A stretch of DNA of 64,000 nt from Nannocystales bacterium (lineage in GTDB: Bacteria; Myxococcota_A; Polyangia; Nannocystales; Nannocystaceae): assembly GCA_050633305.1 (NCBI GenBank), contig JBOEGF010000063.1:19409-83408 (forward strand), in the 5' to 3' direction. Positions 58,713 to 64,000 of this stretch are shown piece by piece; the first letter of the stretch is position 1; each line of letters begins with the position of its first letter. Below the pieces are notes generated by a model. The model had not been told where the DNA came from and ran no database searches. It saw only the letters and a list, made by a program, of their open reading frames with translations. The translations under genes and the position numbers were made by a program.

Positions 58713-58855
58713 CGGCAAACTGTACCAAGGCGGCGCCCGTGGCGGGGCGTGATCGACGTCAACTACAGGGCCTGCTGCCGGCGGAGCAGTTCCTTGGCGG
58801 TCCTGCCATATAGACCCTCCGCGACGCTGCCTACGCAGCGAGCGTCCTCGGCCCC

Positions 58856-60190
58856 TTAGAGCTTGATGCCGTCGCGCTTGAGTTCGTCGGCCGTCGCGGC
58901 CTCCGCCACTGTGCCGGGCGGGTGCTCGTACCAACCAGGGTCGTCATACGAACTGAGTTCGTCGCGAACCTTGAGTATGGTGAACATCCCACCCATGCTT
59001 AGTTTCGCGAATGGACCCGGGGTGCTTTTCATCGCCACGCTGTTCGCTGTCGTGGGCATTTTCATACCTGACATCCCGCTCATCCCTTTCTGGCCCATCG
59101 TCATGTACCCCGGAACGAGCGATTGCACCTTGCCGTCAAACTTCTTCGGGTCGATGCCGAGCAGGTTGGGCAAATCATGACCCATTTGGTTCATGATGTG
59201 GTGGGTCATATGACAGTGCATGATCCAGTCTCCGGGCGCATCCGCAACAAATTCGATATCGCGCGTTTGTCCAACTGCAACGAGTGTGGTCGTCTCTGGC
59301 CACTGCGCACTCTTCGGAATTTTCTCCCCATCTGTCGCAGTGATCTTGAACCGAAACCCGTGCAGGTGAATCGGGTGGTGGTCCATCGCGCTGAGATTTC
59401 CCAGGCGGATTCGGACCCTCTCGCCAGTCTTGACCACGAGTGGATCGGTCCCTGGAAACGCCCGACCATTGAACGTTAGTATGTTGAAGTCGGTCATCTC
59501 CATCGGGTTCGGCCGACGCGCTCCCGGTTCGACGGACCATTCGCTCATCAACAGCGTGAAGTCGCGGTCTACCCGTTCGTCGGCGGCCGGGTTTCTCGGG
59601 TGGACGATGAACGAACCGATCAGCCCCATGGCCTCCTGGGTCATTGTGTCGTGGTGCGAATGGAACATGTACGTCCCGTACTGACGCAGGGTCCACTCGT
59701 ACTTGAATGTCTCACCGGGCTCGATCGGTCGCTGGGTCAACCCGCTAACACCGTCCATCCCGTTGGGCAGGTACAGCCCATGCCAATGAACCGACGTTGG
59801 CACATGGAGTTTATTGGTCACATAGATTCGAATTCGCTCGCCCTCGACGGCCTCGATCACGGTGCTGTTAACACGTCCGTTGTAGCCCCAGCACAATGTT
59901 CTCAGGCCCGGCGTGAACTCGTGCTCCATCTCCGAGGCCGTGATGTGAAACACCTTGACCCCGTCAACCACCTCGAACGGAACCGCGCCACCATTCGGAA
60001 CGATCACGGGACGATAGCCGTCAGGCCCCGGCAGTACGGGGGGTTTCGGTTTTACGTCGAGGGTACCGCCGCTGTAGGTGCTCTCCCATTGAGGGCCCAC
60101 CCGCGCTGCCTTCGCCGTGGTCGATAGTAGTGCGGCGCTTCCGCCCAAGACGGCCCCCGCTCCTGCTCCAAAGAGATCGCGTCGTTTCAT
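58856..60190 (-). CDS. Two-domain multicopper (copper) oxidase
   Basis: Tat KRRDLF, HWHG, MFHSH, HPIHLHG, HCHMTHH, Met-rich tail. Confidence 0.93.
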   Translation of the reverse strand: MKRRDLFGAGAGAVLGGSAALLSTTAKAARVGPQWESTYSGGTLDVKPKPPVLPGPDGYRPVIVPNGGAVPFEVVDGVKVFHITASEMEHEFTPGLRTLCWGYNGRVNSTVIEAVEGERIRIYVTNKLHVPTSVHWHGLYLPNGMDGVSGLTQRPIEPGETFKYEWTLRQYGTYMFHSHHDTMTQEAMGLIGSFIVHPRNPAADERVDRDFTLLMSEWSVEPGARRPNPMEMTDFNILTFNGRAFPGTDPLVVKTGERVRIRLGNLSAMDHHPIHLHGFRFKITATDGEKIPKSAQWPETTTLVAVGQTRDIEFVADAPGDWIMHCHMTHHIMNQMGHDLPNLLGIDPKKFDGKVQSLVPGYMTMGQKGMSGMSGMKMPTTANSVAMKSTPGPFAKLSMGGMFTILKVRDELSSYDDPGWYEHPPGTVAEAATADELKRDGIKL

Positions 60191-61576
60191 CTACTGTCCA
60201 CCTTTCGTATCGGCACTGGGCAAGCGTCCGCCAATCGCGAACTCGAGGTCGGCGCGGGCCACCCAGTAGTCTCGTATGGCCTGCGCCAGCTCCCGCCGGA
60301 TCTCAATCTGGTCTTCTCGGGTTTCTAAGAGTTGGTAGGTGCCCACCAACATCGAGTTGTAGCGGCGGATCGTGAGATCCGCGATCGCCTCTGCCCTCGG
60401 TAGCATGGTCTGTTGGAGGTATTCGACCTTCTGGCGACTCGCCACGAACAGCTGTCGATGGGCTCGAATCTCGGAGCGTGCTGCCACGGATTTGCTCTGC
60501 AGCCGGTGCTGCGCCTGACGTAGCTGTGCCCGGAGTCGCGCGAAGTCGGCATGCCCCGGGTCGAAGATGGGGATCTCGATCGCCAAGGATGGCCCGAGCA
60601 CCCACTCGTGGCCGGCGTCGGTACCGACCTCGTTGCGCCCCTCGGCGCCGATCTCAACCTGCGGTACCAGGCCCCGGCGGCGCAGCTCGATCGCGAACTC
60701 CATAGACTGCACGACCGCACGCTGCGCGGAGATATCGAGGCGATCCTGGATCCCGCGCTGTTCAAGCCGTCCAAGCTCCGGTAGCGCGGGAAGCGGACCG
60801 CTCGGCATGGGCGCGAGCGTCCACTGCGCCTGCTCACCCCAGAGCCCGAGCAGCTGGGTGAGTTCCTCATGCGCCATCACGGAGTCCGACTCTGCGTCGG
60901 CCAATGCGACCTTTGCCTCATCGAGGGCGGCCGCGAACAGCTGAACGTCCAGGGGCGAAACGTTGCCAACCGCGAACTGGAGTTGCACAAGTTCCGCCGC
61001 GAGCTCGGCCGCTCGCGCCTGATCGCGTTGCAGCGCCAAGACGGCGTCGGCAGCCTGGGTCTGCGCGTACGCCTCTTTGACTTCGCGGATCAGCATCAGC
61101 GAGGCTTGACCGACCGAGAGCACAGCATGCGCAAGCTCGCTTTTCGCCAGCCGAAGCTTGGCCGGGATCAGGAACACGCTCAGCAGGCTTGTGGATATCG
61201 ACAGCCCGCCGCCAAGGCCGTTCCCCTTGGTGGAGTTCACGATGTCCCCGGCGAGGACGGGGTTCTCCAGCAGTCCGGCCTGAACCAGGTCCGCCTGCGC
61301 AATACCCAGGCCTTCGACGACGGCGAGGAACTCGCGGTTGTTCAGCAGCGCGACCTGAACGGCAGCCTCCGGCGTCAACGGTTCCGAGGCGAGTGCATCG
61401 ACACGCTCGCGAACTTGCGCCTGGCTCTCTTCGTCCTGCTGCCCGGGAATCACATCGGTGGCCCCCGCCCGATCCTGGAGGAGCTCCCCGAGTTCCGTGC
61501 GTGGTGCCTCGGGGTTGACGGAGCGACACCCCGCCACCGCTACGACGGCCAGCAACATGAGCGAGCGGCCCTTCAT
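60191..61576 (-). CDS. TolC-family copper resistance lipoprotein
   Basis: VAGC lipobox, QAGLLENP, IPIFD, RYNSMLVG, YWVARADLE. Confidence 0.88.
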   Translation of the reverse strand: MKGRSLMLLAVVAVAGCRSVNPEAPRTELGELLQDRAGATDVIPGQQDEESQAQVRERVDALASEPLTPEAAVQVALLNNREFLAVVEGLGIAQADLVQAGLLENPVLAGDIVNSTKGNGLGGGLSISTSLLSVFLIPAKLRLAKSELAHAVLSVGQASLMLIREVKEAYAQTQAADAVLALQRDQARAAELAAELVQLQFAVGNVSPLDVQLFAAALDEAKVALADAESDSVMAHEELTQLLGLWGEQAQWTLAPMPSGPLPALPELGRLEQRGIQDRLDISAQRAVVQSMEFAIELRRRGLVPQVEIGAEGRNEVGTDAGHEWVLGPSLAIEIPIFDPGHADFARLRAQLRQAQHRLQSKSVAARSEIRAHRQLFVASRQKVEYLQQTMLPRAEAIADLTIRRYNSMLVGTYQLLETREDQIEIRRELAQAIRDYWVARADLEFAIGGRLPSADTKGGQ

Positions 61577-61926
61577 GAGCTTGACCCACCAGATTTGTGG
61601 CCGTCCGGCATGCTCGGCTCAGACTCGCCTGCGCTCGACTGCGCATCGTCTTTGGATGATGTCGAGTCCTCCATGTGTTCCATGCCCTCCATGCCCTCCA
61701 TGCCCTCCATGCCCTCGTGTCCACTAGAAGCCGGTAACTTCGCGCCCGCGAATGCAGACGAGGTGTAGGGATTGCTCGGCGGGTCGTACCGCGTTGCGGT
61801 TGCCTCCGCCTCGGCAGCGTCCCGTCCAGGTCCCTCCGGCGGCAGGCCCGGTTTGCAGCCCAACACGACGGTGGCCAGAGCCAACGCCAGGTAGGTTCTC
61901 CGCCGAGCGATGCGTTCGTCGTTCAC
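61573..61926 (-). CDS. Small Met/His-rich lipoprotein
   Basis: VLGC lipobox, HEGMEGMEGMEGMEHM, ATGA overlap with tolC. Start uncertain. Confidence 0.7.
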   Translation of the reverse strand: MNDERIARRRTYLALALATVVLGCKPGLPPEGPGRDAAEAEATATRYDPPSNPYTSSAFAGAKLPASSGHEGMEGMEGMEGMEHMEDSTSSKDDAQSSAGESEPSMPDGHKSGGSSS

Positions 61927-62636
61927 GGTGGGAATATCGAACGTGTTTCGGACGGGGGTCAAGTCGCAGCATCTCGTGCGCGACGCGGTAAAGCAGGTGA
62001 GCGTGGATAGGCATGAGAGCAGGTTTTCCCGAGTTGTGGTTCGCTCGGGCACACCAGGACGACGCTTGCCCGCAGCTATAGCGCTGCGCGGGACGCCATG
62101 AGTTTGCGCCGTTGTGGTGGACACGCGACTGAGAGAATCGGAGTCTGCTCGCATTCCAACTTCGGGGCCACTTCAGACTTCCTTTGTCGACATCGACCAC
62201 GCGCCTTCCTTGAGCAGACCGGCGAGAAAGGGGTTGGGGCGAGGCCACTAGATTCATTCCTCACCCCATACTCCGGGCGCAGTGTCGGTGAGGATGTCGT
62301 CACGGCGAAGCTGCGGAACCTTGCATTCGAGGGCCGCCGTTCGTTGACGGAACCCCGTGCCGGCTTGAGCACGGGCGCGTTCGTCCTTCGACCGCACTCC
62401 TTGCGCCCGCACACCTGCGACTCCGCTTCCGCTCGCGGCGGCGCAAAGTCTTGACACGTACCAGACAGACATCACCCTCATGCTACGGCCGCTACGAAGA
62501 GAGGGTCTGGCAATCCCCGTCCTCCTTCTGGAAGTCACGCTCCGCCGGTGGCTCAGGCTTCAACAGACATCATCTTGGGCACAAGACATGCACACTCAAT
62601 TCGGAAAGACAATTGTCGGTTTCAGCGCCACGGACA

Positions 62637-63821
62637 TCACCCCTTCTGCGCTAGCCGCCCGTGGTGTGAGCCCATTCTAGGCTCCGGCGGCGGGAGGTCG
62701 ATCCGCAGTAGTCGCTTGTTGCCGCACACGTAGACCGCCTCATCGTCCGTGAGCACAGTCGGACTCCCCTTCCCGAGGCCGAGGTCCATCGACCAACGAA
62801 CTTCGCCGGAGCGCCGGTCCAGCTCGTACAGCTTTCCGTCCCATGCGGCGGCGTGGATGCGATCGGCGGTCACTGCGACCGTGCCGCGAACGGGCTGCTC
62901 GAACCACTGCTGCCAGCGTAGCTCTCCCGCGGCCGGCTCGAGCTCGGCCAGGGACGAAACAAACCAGCGCGACGTATTCGGGACGCGGCGGTGAGCGGGT
63001 ATGACCGCGTATGCCAGGCCTTCGTGGACCTGGGGTTCGACCGTGCTAAGCGTATGCCCGGGGATGTTCCAGGCCTCGCTTCCGTCCGCCGCCGAAACGC
63101 CGAAAAGCTTGTGCGCGGGCACGAGCAAACGGTCCGCCACGGCCACGGCGCTCGTGCGTGATGTGGCCTGGTGCGTCGACCACTCGACGGCCTGGCGTGC
63201 TTTCGACACCGCGGACAGGCCGAACTCGCGGACGACATAGATCCGCTCCCGATCGAACGTCGGGGCGGCTGCGATGACACCCGTCGGCAGCTCGACGTTC
63301 CACCTCAGGGCGCCGGTCTCAGCATCCAACGCGTGAAGCCAACTCGGACCCACGATCATTTGCTTGGCCCCGAGGAGCCGGTTGTCTGCTACGTACAGAG
63401 TCTCGCCATCGATGGCAACGGGGGACTGGAAGGTGGCACCGGCGGGAGCGCTGTGTCGCCAGCGCTCCGCTCCCCCGTCGATGTCGACCGCGATCAGATC
63501 GGCACCGGTCGCGACGTACGCGGTCTCGTCGTCGTTCGAAAGCCAGCCTCGGATCGGGCGCCTCCAGGTGAGGGCTCCCGTGTCGCGCTCGCGTCGTTCC
63601 AGGCCGTCGTCGTAGATCGCAACGATCGCGTCCGTCGCGAGGCCCGCAGACTCGCAGGTCTTGCCGTCCAAGCTCCATGAGATCGTTCGGGCCCGAGGCT
63701 GCGTGCCGGCCACGGACTCTTCTGCGGACTCCTCTACCACCGGGGGACCCGGTGAGGCGACGTCGGGCACATGGGTCGGTTTGCAGCTCACGAGTGCGAG
63801 GGCGAGCGAGTAGGATCGCAT
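62637..63821 (-). CDS. PQQ-like (BamB-type) beta-propeller lipoprotein
   Basis: LVSC lipobox and repeated A.D..TG...W motifs. Confidence 0.8.
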   Translation of the reverse strand: MRSYSLALALVSCKPTHVPDVASPGPPVVEESAEESVAGTQPRARTISWSLDGKTCESAGLATDAIVAIYDDGLERRERDTGALTWRRPIRGWLSNDDETAYVATGADLIAVDIDGGAERWRHSAPAGATFQSPVAIDGETLYVADNRLLGAKQMIVGPSWLHALDAETGALRWNVELPTGVIAAAPTFDRERIYVVREFGLSAVSKARQAVEWSTHQATSRTSAVAVADRLLVPAHKLFGVSAADGSEAWNIPGHTLSTVEPQVHEGLAYAVIPAHRRVPNTSRWFVSSLAELEPAAGELRWQQWFEQPVRGTVAVTADRIHAAAWDGKLYELDRRSGEVRWSMDLGLGKGSPTVLTDDEAVYVCGNKRLLRIDLPPPEPRMGSHHGRLAQKG

Positions 63822-63978
63822 TGTGCCGCCAGTGTAGGGCACGCCCTCCGAGCAGCGCGTCGGAGCCGTCTGCCTTTGAAAACGTAAGCGAGTGCGAGCC
63901 AGCGAACGACACGGATTTCGAAATCGCGGCCGAGCCGCTGGACTCGGCCGCGCCGGCAACCCTGCGGGTGGAGAACAC

Positions 63979-64000
63979 AACAGAACAGAACAGAACAGAA
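63979..64000 (+). repeat. (AACAG)n pentamer repeat running off the window end
   Basis: Read directly. Confidence 0.8.

Noticed and set aside
1..64000. CRISPR array, tRNA/rRNA, integron attC array
   Set aside because: No regularly spaced repeat-spacer units, RNA gene signatures or integrase were seen. The repeats found are coding tandem repeats, IS ends or regulatory motifs.
63979..64000. AACAG repeat as a phase-variation locus
   Set aside because: It is cut by the window edge, so length and context are unknown.

Overview
GC-rich DNA with myxobacterial hallmarks: MYXO-CTERM-like tails, Ser/Thr/Gly- and Cys-rich lipoproteins, ECF sigma/anti-sigma pairs and a DUF1592-DUF1552 pair. The host is probably Myxococcota, which is an inference. 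The window reads as a mosaic, partly decaying metal-homeostasis island. (1) 3.1-25 kb holds two divergent, mirror-image czcC-czcB-czcA-P1B-ATPase operons, each headed by a small Cys/His leader ORF. An ArsR/SmtB repressor and a merR-led mer-like operon without merA lie in the same block. (2) 27-40 kb holds AraC with a molybdopterin oxidoreductase, a TonB-dependent receptor, DUF3347, a multicopper oxidase, cytochrome c lipoproteins and two paralogous lipoprotein families with decayed copies. (3) 40.8-52 kb holds an ECF sigma/anti-sigma locus and a galactose-oxidase-like protein, linked by a repeated leaderless promoter motif (TTGATG-N18-CAATCC-N5-start). (4) 52-58 kb holds IS21, IS66 and IS3 relics around a Fur-box/DUF4856/imelysin block and a second ECF sigma. 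(5) 58.8-62 kb holds a copper lipoprotein-TolC-multicopper oxidase operon. The most notable signals read directly from the DNA are the ECF promoter set, a shared palindromic operator (CATGCGACA-N3-TGTCGCATG) on two copper genes, two candidate metal-sensing leader peptides with downstream hairpins, and an unexplained three-copy junction motif. No rRNA, tRNA or CRISPR array was seen. Product calls come from motif recognition only; no database search was run.
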